From Vitrella brassicaformis CCMP3155 (Eukaryota; Protista; Chromerida), in contig CDMY01000840.1 of assembly GCA_001179505.1 (NCBI GenBank), forward strand, positions 124,001 to 188,000: 64,000 bases of DNA, in the 5' to 3' direction. Positions 23,696-35,074 of this stretch are shown one piece after another; the stretch's first letter is position 1, and every line of letters begins with the position of its first letter. The translations under genes were made by a program, and so were the position numbers. The notes below the pieces were generated by a model that did no database searches, was not told the DNA's origin, and saw nothing but the letters and a program-made list of their open reading frames with translations.

Positions 23696-26102
23696 TGTGT
23701 GCAGTGCTACGTCAACAACCCCGCCCAGCAGCTGCAGCAATCCTGGTGGCAAGACCTGAGCTCGGGCGGCGTCGTCCTCAGCGAGACAACCACCACCAAC
23801 ACGAACAACACCGCCAAGGTCACCGGCAGCACCAGCAGCCCATCACAGGATCTCCTGTCTTCGATCGGTCGTCGCTTGCAGTGTCTCTCACGGGGGCCCA
23901 GGAACAGCAGCAAGGACAAGGGGATGCGTCGCGGCCTGGTGCTGCGGATTGTCAGGGGGGAGGCCACGGTGGCCTGGCTGGAAGATGAAGAACAGGCCAT
24001 CGGTAAGAGACCGAGAGAGAGAGCGAAGACCAGATGGCTCAAGTGGTGAGGTGGTTTCTGTCTTGTGGGTCGTGCGTGCAGCGCGGACGAAGGAGGTGCG
24101 CGCTCTGCCGTGGAAGCAGTCGTTGGTGCAGCCCCCGGAGTCGAGCCCACCCACACAACCACAACCAGACAGTCAAGACGCCATCGATGCCTTGACAGGT
24201 AGCCCCGGTATATGTCCCTCATGTCTATGTATGTGCCCTCCCTTGTGTGATGCATGCGTGTGTTGCTGATGCAGCGGTCCCCTCTGCGCCGAGCCGCAGC
24301 ACCGGCACCCAGACGATGCTCTCAATCTCCGCTGCCTCCGAGACGCCCGCCACACCGCCCCCACCCCCAGGCCCATACACCAACCCCTTGGACGAGTCCC
24401 AGGGCAAACTTGAGATGGAGGCCTTCTATGAGGCGCACCACGGTAAGACAACGGACACCAACTGTGCTCATGTACGGTACGGTCGGCTGATCGGTCAGAT
24501 GGATGGTCGCAAGAGATGGTCCGCCAGGGTTTCCCCTCGGCGGATCCAACCCGGTCAGCTGTATGGTCGGCCTCCTGGAGGAGCGGCGGGCTGCGTGTGC
24601 TGCAGCACCTGCCCAGGTTGTGGAGGGGCGGGAGCGGGGGCAAGGCCAACCAGACGTCTGGCGGGGGATGGCGCATCGAGCAGGTGCGGGTGGACCAGCT
24701 GAGGCCGTGTGAGGCCTGGCAATACATCCCTGGCGACTACTGCATCCCCAGAACGGTAAGTCAGTCAGGAGGCATCCTTGCGTGGCGTATCTTCGTCGGA
24801 TGGATGGATGGATAGATGGGATGGCCGGTGTGTGGGTGTGGTGTGATGGTGTCCAGACGCTGCCGAGTGCCGACGACGACATATCGTCCCAGACGTTCCT
24901 GCTGATCGTGGCTGTGAGCGGCGGCGTGGTGCACTGCCGCGACTTCAGCGGGCAGTTCTTCACCTACTTCCCCAGCGAGCTCTGCAACACCGTCTCATTC
25001 ACCCGCGGAGAAGAGGAGGTACCTACCGATCACACACACACGCACACCCAACAAAGCCAGAGTTCATTGATTGCCTTGACTGTGTCAGGAGTCTGAGACC
25101 GACTCTGACGATGACGACTCTGACGAGTCGGACCATCACGGCGACGACCGCGACGACGAACAAGGCAAGGCATCGCATGGCTGGCAGATAGAGCACAGGA
25201 ATGACAGACACCCTGCTGATTAGGTTTGGCTGTGACTGGACTGCAGGTGGCGAGGATATTCCCTCGGGCAGCACCACGCCGGATGACACAGAAGGTACGT
25301 TTGTCAGATGGATAGACAGACAGGCAGACGGCCGGAGACCCTGCTGTTGCGCCTCTTGTTTGTCAGACTGGGAAGATGAGGAGTACATTGACGAGCAGGA
25401 GAACCGACACGTGTGGCGCGGATACGTAAGCAACCACCACACACACGAACGCGCCCACTGCACCGTTTCCGTCCCGCCGCCCCTTGCTGCCACGCACTTG
25501 TGCAGGCCCCGCCATGGGCGCCGCGCGGAAGGCGCCGACGGGAGGAGAGTGACGACTTCTCACTGGGCGACCCCTCATCCCCCGCCGCATCAGGATCGGC
25601 TCCGTCAGCACCAGCCTCAGCATCGGCCGCAGCCGCTCCGGCCTCCCAGGAGGACGACCACGATCCCTCGCCAAGACGGTCAATCGTCATGGCGGCCGCC
25701 CAGCAGGCAGCGGGTGGAGGGGGAGGGGGAGGGCACGGCAACCTCAACACACTGCGCCGGGCGGCTGATGGGAGGTATGTGAGGAGCCCACAGGCACACT
25801 CTCCTGGCAGGGGTCGGGTGAACCTTCTGCCGACCAGGCAAAGGAGAGGCCGTGGGGGTGGTGATGGTGACGACGGCTCGGGAGCCTTGGCCGGCGATGA
25901 ATGGCAGGCGTGCAACTCTGACGATGAAGAAGATGAGGAAGAGGACCTCGAGGGAGTGCCGTTGTTGGCTGCAGCGACATCAGCTTCTGCCTCTGCCTCT
26001 GCCTCTGCAGCAGCATCGGCAGCCGCAGACGGCCCGGGGCCTCCCGAGCGACGGGAGAGGGAGAGGGAAAGGGGAGATGGCGAAAAGACGGCTGACACGT
26101 GA
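21558..26102 (+). CDS. UBE2O/PHO2-like protein (N-terminal SH3-like conserved regions), no UBC domain found
   Basis: Exons encode EVQVAWMDG, DRLFIMGDIV...GMV, WLGVVE, GTVESFDVRDVRVNWVA, LHLGDPV, TRVSVLWQDGS, RGLVLRI..EATVAWL, EQVRVDQLRP.EAWQYIPGDY and IVAVSGGVVHCRDFSG. This series parallels the conserved blocks of UBE2O/PHO2. It ends in an acidic/Ala-rich tail (stop 26102). Confidence 0.7.
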
Positions 26103-26363
26103 TATGAGTGATATGAGTGGTGTGACGAGTCTTTCTTTTGCGCGTGTGCATGATCGATGCGATTCGGACTGACTGCAGGTGCTTTCTCGATGTGTGTGTG
26201 TGTGTGTGTGCATTGATATGGTCAAGGAAGTGAGTGTCTCGATGATATCTATCGGTTCCTTGTCCGTCCGTTCGTCCGTCACATCATCGAATCTACTCAC
26301 GCACGCACTCAAGTCTACTTACTCATCAGACAGCCGTACAGCCTCATCGATCTGGCCTGCCTG

Positions 26364-28492
26364 TCAGTCAGCAATGGTGTAGTAGAGGGACAGCGTAGCC
26401 GAGGGCAACACATGATGCTGTCCAGTCCACACACAAGACAACCAACACACACATGACATCTATTTTGTCCATGTGCCGCACCCCTCCCTCCCTCCCTCCC
26501 TCTGTCTGTTCCCCTCTTCTCCTTACTTACCATCGCATGGACCTGTGCGAGGGTCAGCTCACTGCCCAGGCTCTTGAGACCTCCCTCACCAGGAGCCATA
26601 GGCTCGTCCCTGCCAGCTGCCACCGGCAAAGCAGACGGCCACCGCACCCGCTGCACGCACAACAGACAGACACGACCAACCAACAGCACTCACTCATTCA
26701 TGACGATCAAACCACACACCTGTCTGTCTGAGTCTGGCGAGCAGAGGGCGACTGTTGGGGGCGACGTCCACAGGGGCACCTGCTGCTGGTCTGGCTGTCC
26801 CGACGGGCCCGCCTCCCTGATGGCCTTGGCCTTCCCCATCAGCTGGTGGGAGAGGTACCGCGACAGCTGAGCCACTGTGATGTGACCCGGTATCGACACC
26901 TCCTGCACACACACACACACACACAGTCAGGTCAGGAGTATCTATCTACATCATCAAATAGGTGGGGAAGGGGCGGCAGTTAGTTGTGCCTACCTCTTTG
27001 TCGAGCCGCGGCAGTGCCTTCAGATTCGGGTCGGGCAGCAGCTTGAATGTGAACTTGATGGGAGCCGCTGCTTGCTCCTCCCCCGGCCCGCCATCACCGC
27101 CAGCACCAACAGCAACACCGTTCTCTTGTTTCATCATCGCAGAAGCAGCAGCGCCTTCCTGCTGCTGCCCTGACGGCATCCCGCTGCCCACAGAAGCCGC
27201 CGCCGCCGCCGCCGCCGCGGTAGCCGGAGCAGGGGCAGGAGGAGCAGGGGCGACGGGCGGCCCGCCCATTGCCGAGGAGAGCGAAGGAGGGAAAGGGGGT
27301 GCGCGCACTCCAGGGGCTTGGGTGAGTGGTCTCACGCTCATTCTGGGTGCGAACGAGATCCACGGCGGCTGGCCCGGTCTGAGTGCGGACGACGGCCGTG
27401 AGGGGGGCATCATGTTGGGCCGCGTGAGCATCGGGATGAAGGCGGGGGGGCGTGTGATGACGTGCCGGGCGGGGGGAGCGGGAGGGTTGGACGGGGGGTA
27501 GGGGGTGAGACCTGAGTGGGGATCCGATGGGATGGACAGACAGACACAGATGGGTGCCACAGCCGGTGGGTGGGTGGGTGGCTGGCTGAGTGAGTGTGGT
27601 GGCCAGCCGACCTGGAACGCCTTTGGTGAGGTTGTTCTTCTTGTTGGACTGCTCCACCAGCTTCTCATGGTGCTCTTCATACGCCTGTGTGCCGTGCGCA
27701 CGAATCAGTCAATCACTCAAGGGACGAACCGCACCGGCCTCCCTCTCTCTGCCTGACTGTCCGTCCCCCCGCCACGCACCTCTACGTTAGGGAAGAGTCG
27801 CTTGACCATCTTGTCAAATGTCGGGTCTGACCTCAGCATCCGCCGACTGGATATGTGAACGCGACACGTCGGACACTCACGCTTGCTGCACACACACAAG
27901 GCAGGCATGGATAAACAGCACCCAGTCAGTCTTCAGGGGTAAGGTATTCATTCGCTAGTTCCGAGTGAGCTCACTCACTCACTCACTCACCCAATCCGGA
28001 GGCACTTTTCGATGCACGACGCACAGAACCGGTGAAGGCACACCTTGACCGTCGTCGTCTTGGTCAAAATGCCTGGGCAGGGCAGAAGAGAGAACAACCA
28101 GGCAGCGGTGCGACGTGCACATAGGCGTGAAGCGCACCGCCCCGCACCCACCGAGGCAGACGGGGCAGGTGAGGTCAACGTTGAGGTTGGATCCTGTAAG
28201 AGTGGTCATCCTGGAGAGATCGATGGCGACGCCGCTGTCCGAGTCAGGCGCCTCGGGGATCCGAGGACTCCTGTACATGTCATACAGCTCCAGATCTGCA
28301 CACACACACACGCACACACACACAAACCGGCCACATGCATCTCAGCTCACCTCGTTGCTCTCATGTGTGTGGTCTGATGCTTCCTTGTGCGCCACGCTGA
28401 CCTTCAGGTACGTTTGTGCTGAGGTACTCTTCCTTAGTCCTGCCATTGTAGAGGTCCTCCTCCTCCTCGCCGTCAACCATGTAGCCATCCAT
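26364..28492 (-). CDS. RING1: RING1/RNF2-like E3 ubiquitin ligase (PRC1 catalytic subunit type) with RAWUL-like C-terminus
   Basis: C3HC4 RING: LTCPVCL|GILTKTTTVKVCLHRFCASCIEKCLRIG|KRECPTCRVHISSRRMLRSDPTFDKMVKRLFP. The N-terminal ELYDMYRSPR motif is present. The C-terminus IKFTFKLLPDPNLKALPRLDKE|EVSIPGHITVAQLSRYL...TLSLYYTIAD* matches the RING1 RAWUL pattern. Confidence 0.85.
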
Positions 28493-28529
28493 CCCGGCTG
28501 CTCCTGCGATGACGCCAAACCAGAGATCC

Positions 28530-28597
28530 TTGACTGACAGCGGTTTCGTTGACTGACAGCGGGTTGGGGGGGGTTTCAGGGAGCTTGACTGACAGCG
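28530..28597. promoter_or_regulatory. Triplicated 13-bp element TTGACTGACAGCG in the RING1 / FtsH-like divergent intergenic region
   Basis: Exact copies at 28530-28542, 28549-28561 and 28585-28597, 38-105 bp upstream of the RING1 ATG. A regulatory role is inferred from position only. Confidence 0.5.
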
Positions 28598-28912
28598 ATT
28601 GCGAGCTCAAACTTCCCGCTAAGCTCGCCAAGCAGGGGACTTGCTGCCAGCATTAGAGTCCTCGCAGCTGCCTGCAAATCATATACCAAAGATCCCGCTC
28701 AGCAGTGACCCACACAACCTCTGATCTGCATCAGCAGCCTTCCCACTGCATCAACAAGACCCCTGCTGCGGCCGGTGTGCTTCGCCACATATGAGGAGAA
28801 GACCGCAGAAGGCTCAGTGAAGGCGGCTCTGCTTCACGAGCTCTACAGCAGCACACATCAGATCTGCTCATTGTCGAAGGCGGGCAACTCGGCGTCCCTC
28901 CTGCTTGCAACG

Positions 28913-31900
28913 ATGGCGCCATTTCGGAGCCTCCCCTTCCTCCTTTGCATCTTATGGCTGATCGTCAGCGGCGAGGCGGCGAGTCGATTCTCTTCCTCCG
29001 GTGCTCTTGGTTACATCGGCCCTCATGCCGTGAGGCCGCTGCAGCGGAGGCGGCACCCGTCGAGGGCGGTTTCGGGTTCGCATCTCCAGCTGCAGATGCG
29101 GGTGGACCCGGGGGGGCTGGCCAACGCTTGGAGAGGCCCGGTGCGAAGACTGTCGCTCGCCGGTATTGCCACTCTCGTGCTTGCCACATTCTGCATCAAC
29201 GTAAGCACGCCACGCCCTGGCAGGCAGGCAGGCAGGCAGGCAGAGTGCCCCTCGTGGCTTATCGGGTTGTTGTGTGTGTTGTGTTGTGTATGTGAATATG
29301 TATGTCAGGTGTCGTCTGTGTGGGCGGATGACGGCGTGAAGCCTTACTCTCAGTTCCTGGACATGGTGCAAAGCAAGAGGATCCAGCAGGTCTTCTTCAG
29401 CAGTGATGGAGAAACTCTCACTGCGGCAGACGGAGAAGGTCTGTGGCCATGCCATCCACGCATCAACACACACACACACACACACACCTGTCCTGTCCGC
29501 CTGGGTGGATCGGTACTTATGTGTGTGTGTGCAGGCAACAAATATTCGCTTGACGGCATCCCCAGCGACCCCAAATTTTTGGACATGGTCAAGAACAACA
29601 AGATCCAGCAGGTCTTCTTCAGCAGCGACGGGTCGAAGCTCACCGCCCTCGACTTCGACGGCAACGAATACGTCATCAAAACAGTCAGGGACAACAAAAT
29701 CAAAGCCGGGGTGAGTGGGTGCAGGCACGTCACACCACACCACACCACAGTGCTCATGTGTGTGCGAGAGATATGTGTGTGTGCTTGTTGGGCGGTGGGT
29801 GGTGTGTGGTGTGTGCAGTTCCCCGACTGGACTAAGGCGCTGGCAGGCTTCTTCCCATGGCTGCTGCTCGGCAGCGTGCTCTTCATCTCAGCTCAGGAGT
29901 CCAAGAAAGAGTCCCAGCAACAGGCGACTGCCACAGCCACAGCCACCAAGACAGCCAAGAAAGGTGAGGCTGAGAGCTACCCACACACCGCTCACCCATC
30001 TGTTTGCCTGTCTGCCTGTCTGCCTGTCTGCCTGTGTGCAGTGGTATCCTCAGGAGCCGGCAAGGAGGCCGAGAGCACGGTTTCCCAAGCCCAGATCAGG
30101 AAGGAGCTGCAGCAGGCGCTGGAGGTGTCGAAGCGCGACTCGGACGCCGAGCTGATCAAGAACCTGCAAATCATGGAAGGCGAGGCGCTGCAGATGAAGG
30201 AGCGGCTCGAGACTCAGGAGGAGGAGGCGAAGCTGAGGGAGGAGTCCTTCCGGAAAGAGCTGGAAGACCTCATCGTCAGTCCACAGACAGACAGACAGAC
30301 AGACAGAGCAGGGAGGGAGGGAGGGAGTGAGGGAGAGAGAGGGTCGCATTATCCGTCCATGTGTGTGTCGTGTGTGTGTGCAGGCGGCCAAGCAGAAGCG
30401 CGAGACCGAGTTGACCGAGTCGATCAGGAAGCTGCGTGCCGAGAGCTCCGAGCGTGAGCAGGACCTGCAGAAGCAGCTCGTGGCCCTCGAGGCAGCCAAG
30501 AAACAAAGCGAGGAGATACTCATGCAGCAGGTGCGGTGCANNNNNNNNNNNNNNNNNNNNNNNNNNNNNNNNNNNNNNNNNNNNNNNNNNNNNNNNNNNN
30601 NNNNNNNNNNNNNNNNNNNNNNNNNNNNNNNNNNNNNNNNNNNNNNNNNNNNNNNNNNNNNNNNNNNNNNNNNNNNNNNNNNNNNNNNNNNNNNNNNNNN
30701 NNNNNNNNNNNNNNNNNNNNNNNNNNNNNNNNNNNNNNNNNNNNNNNNNNNNNNNNNNNNNNNNNNNNNNNNNNNNNNNNNNNNNNNNNNNNNNNNNNNN
30801 NNNNNNNNNNNNNNNNNNNNNNNNNNNNNNNNNNNNNNNNCCCCCCCCCCCCCTGCCCTTAGTCACTCACACCCACACACCATTCCATTCTCCCCCCCAC
30901 CCCTCTCCCCCCCTTGCACACACACACACAGATCCGTGAGTTGGAAGAGGAGACCGTCGAGAAGGCCAGCACCTACCGCGAGCAGATCCAGACCAACTCG
31001 GCCACCAAGACCACCCGGGAGGCGCAGCTGGAGGAAGAGCTTCGGAGGGTGAGGACAGAGAGCGGCAAAGTGGAGGCTGACCTCCGGAAGCAGCTGCAGG
31101 CGGTGCAGGCGGCCAAGAAGGAGAGCGAGGACCAGATGAATGCGCGGCTCAAGGAGGTGGAGGAGGCCGCGGCCGCGAGGGAGGCGGCGCTGAGGACTGA
31201 GCTGCAGACGCTCACTGCTACGCGACAGAAAAGGGAAGACGAGCTCACTGAGACACTGAGGAAACTCAGGGCTAGCAGGTAACATACGCCTTCCCGACCG
31301 ACACACAGGCAGGCAGACAGACAGCACACCTCTTTCTCTGTCCCTTTACATTGCACAGTGCTGAGAGGGAGAAGCAGCTCTTGAAGCAGCTGCGGACACT
31401 CGAGGCCGAGAAGCGCCGCAGCGAGGCCGACCTCTCACAGGCCTTGATGGACCTGGAGGGCCAGCTCAAGGCCATGGAGGCCGCGGCACAGCAGTCGCAG
31501 AAGCAGAGGGACGAGGAGCAGGCGGTGCAGGCCGCTGCGCCGCGGTCGATGCGTGACGCCTTCCGGGAGAACATTCGGGAGACGATTGAGGCGCTGGAGA
31601 CCTCAAAGAAGGAGGGAGAAGTGCTCGAAAGTACGCAGGCAGGCCACCCACCCCATCAAACCGAGAGGCATCCGTGTGTTCTTCCTCTGTGTGTCGCTAT
31701 AGATTTGACGAGGAGTCTGCGTGAGCTTGAGGCGGCGAGCTCACAACGGGAGGCCAGCCTCAAGAAACAAATCCAAGACCTCATGAGTGAGGAGGGGAGA
31801 GCAATCACACCCACCCATCACATCACACGCGTCTCGTTTGTTCCCTGTGTGGGTCGCCTGCAGTCGACAAGCAGCAGAGGGAGGCCCAGCTGACCGAGTC

Positions 31901-32650
31901 CCTCCGCGAGCTCCGCACCTCCAGTGCGCAGCGAGAGCAGAAACTGGTGCAGGCCCTCAACGACCTCAAGGAGTCCACCACACAGTCCCGCGACGCCTTC
32001 AGCACCGATTTCAGGCAGCTCGAGGAGACCAGCGCCCAGCGAGAGTCCGAGCTGTGGAAGGCGCTTCAGTCTTTGGAGGCCGATAAGCAGAAGAAGGAAC
32101 AGGAGTACGGGAACGAGCTGCGTGAGGTGCGGCAGGCGGCGGCCGAGATGGAGAGGGAGCTGATGAACAAGATTCGGGAGCTGGAGACGGCTAAGAGGCA
32201 GAGCGAGGAGACCCTCACGAGCAAGCTCAGAGAGCTGCAAGGTACCTGTGGGCCGGGCCGGTGAATCTACGTTCGACATGCATGGCATGGCCTCACGTGT
32301 GTCTGGCTGGGGTGTGTCTGTGTGCAGAGACGAGTGCCAGGAGAGAAACCGAGCTGAGGAACAGGATTGCAGCCCTCGAGCAAGAGAAAGAGGTGCGTGT
32401 GCGTCAGTCAAAGTTTCCACACCCCAAGCCACATGACGCATTGCGCCCTCTCCCCTCTCCCTGTGTCACACGTCAGGCTCTGGAGGGCCAGCTGGCGTCG
32501 ACTCTCCAAACTCTGCAGGCGACCGGTTCACGGATCAGCATCGACATCCCTGCCTTTGCGGGGACCAACCCGGGCAGGGACCCCCTCTCACAAGTGCCTT
32601 CCCACATCGAGACCGCTGAGAGCCTACGGGCCAGGTTCCAGAGGAGGTGA
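28913..32650 (+). CDS. Predicted plastid-targeted membrane protein: duplicated FtsH N-terminal lumenal domain + TM + long 18-residue-repeat coiled coil
   Basis: Signal peptide MAPFRSLPFLLCILWLIVSGEAA, a Ser/Arg-rich transit-like region and a hydrophobic segment ending VWA. These are followed by YSQFLDMVQSKRIQQVFFSSDG...DGIPSDPKFLDMVKNNKIQQVFFSSDG (cf. plastid FtsH YSEFL..V....V..V.FS.DG), TM LAGFFPWLLLGSVLFI, then coiled-coil exons. Spans the gap 30541-30840. Confidence 0.7.
30541..30840. other. Assembly gap (300 N)
   Basis: Run of N. Confidence 1.
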
Positions 32651-33912
32651 CGACGTGACGACAGGAGTGCCTGTCAGTCAGTGTGTCGTGCCTGTTTTCC
32701 TTTCTTTCAACGGTTTAACTTTGACTCAACGCGCTGATGGCTGGCTTGGCCCTGTTCATGCGCGCATGGCCGGCCCTTCCTGATTACCCCCTCCCTCCCT
32801 CACTCCCCCCGTTTCAGTCGATATGAATTGGTGTAGTGAGGGCTGAGTGGGTCGGTATGTATGGATCGCAAAGCTTAGGAGGCCTGGAGACTGACTGACT
32901 TTGAGATGAGATATTGTCGTCGTTGCAAGGCAGTCCAGTTTTGCCCTGTCTGTCTCTCTACCCATCCATCCATCCATCCATTCCTCTATCTATCGCACGG
33001 ACCCTGCTGCTGGTTCTTCCTGCACTGATCGATGAGTGAGAGTGAGGGGCCGCTGGCTGCGCGTGAGGTGATTGATGCAGCTCAGCCACCTGAGAGAGAG
33101 AGAGAGAGAGAGAGAGAGGGGGAGGTGCAATGGCTGCAATGTCTTCGCGGCGAGTGAATTGATGTATGGATTATTGACTGCAATTTGTGTGTGTGTGTGT
33201 GTGTCTGTCAGGAGGGATCGTACTGTACAGCACTTACTGACTTCCTTCCCTGGCTGGCCGTCCTGCGTGCGTGCGTGCGTCTGTGAGTGCCCCCCGTCTG
33301 CCTGTCTCTCTCTGTCTGTCTCTACTCTGCCCTGACCTGTCTCCCTCCCTCTTCATTGCACACACACGTGCAGCAAAAACACGCACTCGCTCGGCTGGGC
33401 GACTCACATACACATCTGTCTATCGAGTCGATTTTTTCACCCGTCTGCACACGCATGACATGTGTGCCTGTCTGCCTGCTGAGGATGCTGGTGCTCGTCG
33501 TGTTGACACTATAGCGTGATGATGATGATGACGATTCAACTCTGATTCTCTTCCTTCTCTCCCTTCCCAAATCATCACCTCTGCCGCAGCTGTAGGCAAT
33601 GGTTGCAATGTCGTCACGGAGGGTTAAGTACTGCTGACTCATCCCGTGTTTGCAGTGACAACGAGCACTTCTTCATCCAAACACCCACCCACCCACCCAC
33701 CCACCCACACACACACGTGTCCACATTTGCAGACATGAATGTCCGCGGCCAGCACAGTACGCTATTTTACTCGAGAGGAGATCTATCGGCTCACCCGCAG
33801 ACAGTCCAGCAAATGGCACACACATGAAGATGTCAGGAAGACACACACACACATACACGCGCACACAGAAGATGACACGAAGGCAGGGAGGGGAAGGGAT
33901 AGAGAGGCTCAC

Positions 33913-34776
33913 TCACTCCACAGTGAGCATCTCTATCTCATCAGCTACGAACACCTCACTGCCCCCCAGCAGAGCCCTGGAACCAACCGACACCCCCATG
34001 TAATCCCCAGCAGCCGACACCGTCCCCCACCACATACTCGACCTGCAGTTGCGGATGTCTGTGGCAGGGCGGCCACTGTCCGGGCCAGCACGGCCCAACA
34101 TGAAACCCCCACCGACATACACCCTCGCATACACGCTTGAACCGCTAGGCACACTCCCTCCCTCCCTCCCCGCCACTTCCACATCCAGTTCCGGAGGGGT
34201 GAGTCTCATCTTGGTCGGATTGCTGTAGTGGCCGGCCAGTGAGAACCACCACATGTACGGGTGGTACTCGTGCGTGCCCGTCGGGTCGTCGGGCAGGCGG
34301 ATGCCGTCCCTGATGTAGACACCGAAGACGTACTGGGCATTGCGGATGACAATCACCAGTTCCGTCTTGTTCTCAACACGGTCCAGCATGTCACCATATG
34401 CAGTACCGTCCACAGAGGCCCTGAAGAACCATCGACTATTTGGTCTCTGGTTCTCAAGAAAAAGCGTGTACGTCACGTACCTGTAGAGCGTTGTGAGTGT
34501 CGTGTCGTTTGTTGCCTCGAGCAGGTGACGAAGGCCGTCGTACTCCGACTCAGACAGCGACGAGCCGGCGGGTGGACCCTCTTGCAGACGACGAACCTAC
34601 GCGCGCACACGTGTGAACAGACACAGACAGACAGACATCGAGAGTGAGAGGTTGGCGTGCGTGCGTGTGGGACATACCTGTGTTGTCTTTGTGAGCGATA
34701 CGAAGCCAGAGCTGCCCGCCACACAGAGGGCGAGTGTGACGGCCAGAGCCATCAGCATCATGCCACGAAGAGCCAT
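33913..34776 (-). CDS. Signal-peptide-bearing TLDc-domain protein
   Basis: MALRGMMLMALAVTLALCVAGSSG (signal peptide) |VRRLQEG...LTTLYR|ASVDGTAYGDMLDRV..KTELVIVIRNAQYVFGVYI...WWFSLAGHY...FVADEIEML. Three exons with TLDc hallmarks LYRAS.DG, FG.Y and F...EIE. Confidence 0.8.
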
Positions 34777-35074
34777 TGTACGGCTGAGGGAGCAGAGAGT
34801 CCTCGCAAGGAAGAGGGCACCGATCTCACCGAGTGGTTTGGTAGATCTCTGCTTAGAAGTGCCAGGCGGCGAGGCACGAGTCCGAAAAGGAAGATGCACT
34901 GACTTAATGAGTTAGGGCTAATGGTGCCGTTAATCGGAACACTGAAAGAAGGATGAGATTCGCATTCAATTCTAACTATCTCTTGGTTCGTGCTGCTGAT
35001 AGTCACAACCGATAACAGCAGCGCGTTTCGAATCTACCAATAGCATGCAGCAGTGTGGCTGCACTGTGAATCGA

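Noticed and set aside
30541-30840. Idea that the missing FtsH AAA/protease domains lie in the gap
   Set aside because: Both flanks encode the same 18-residue coiled-coil repeat, so the gap most likely holds an intron or more repeat. The true gap size is unknown, so this is unlikely rather than excluded.
33739-33830. RYFTREEIYRL resembling a cytochrome-b5-like N-terminus
   Set aside because: No downstream W-V/HPGG-type continuation or linkable exon was found, and the match is too short.
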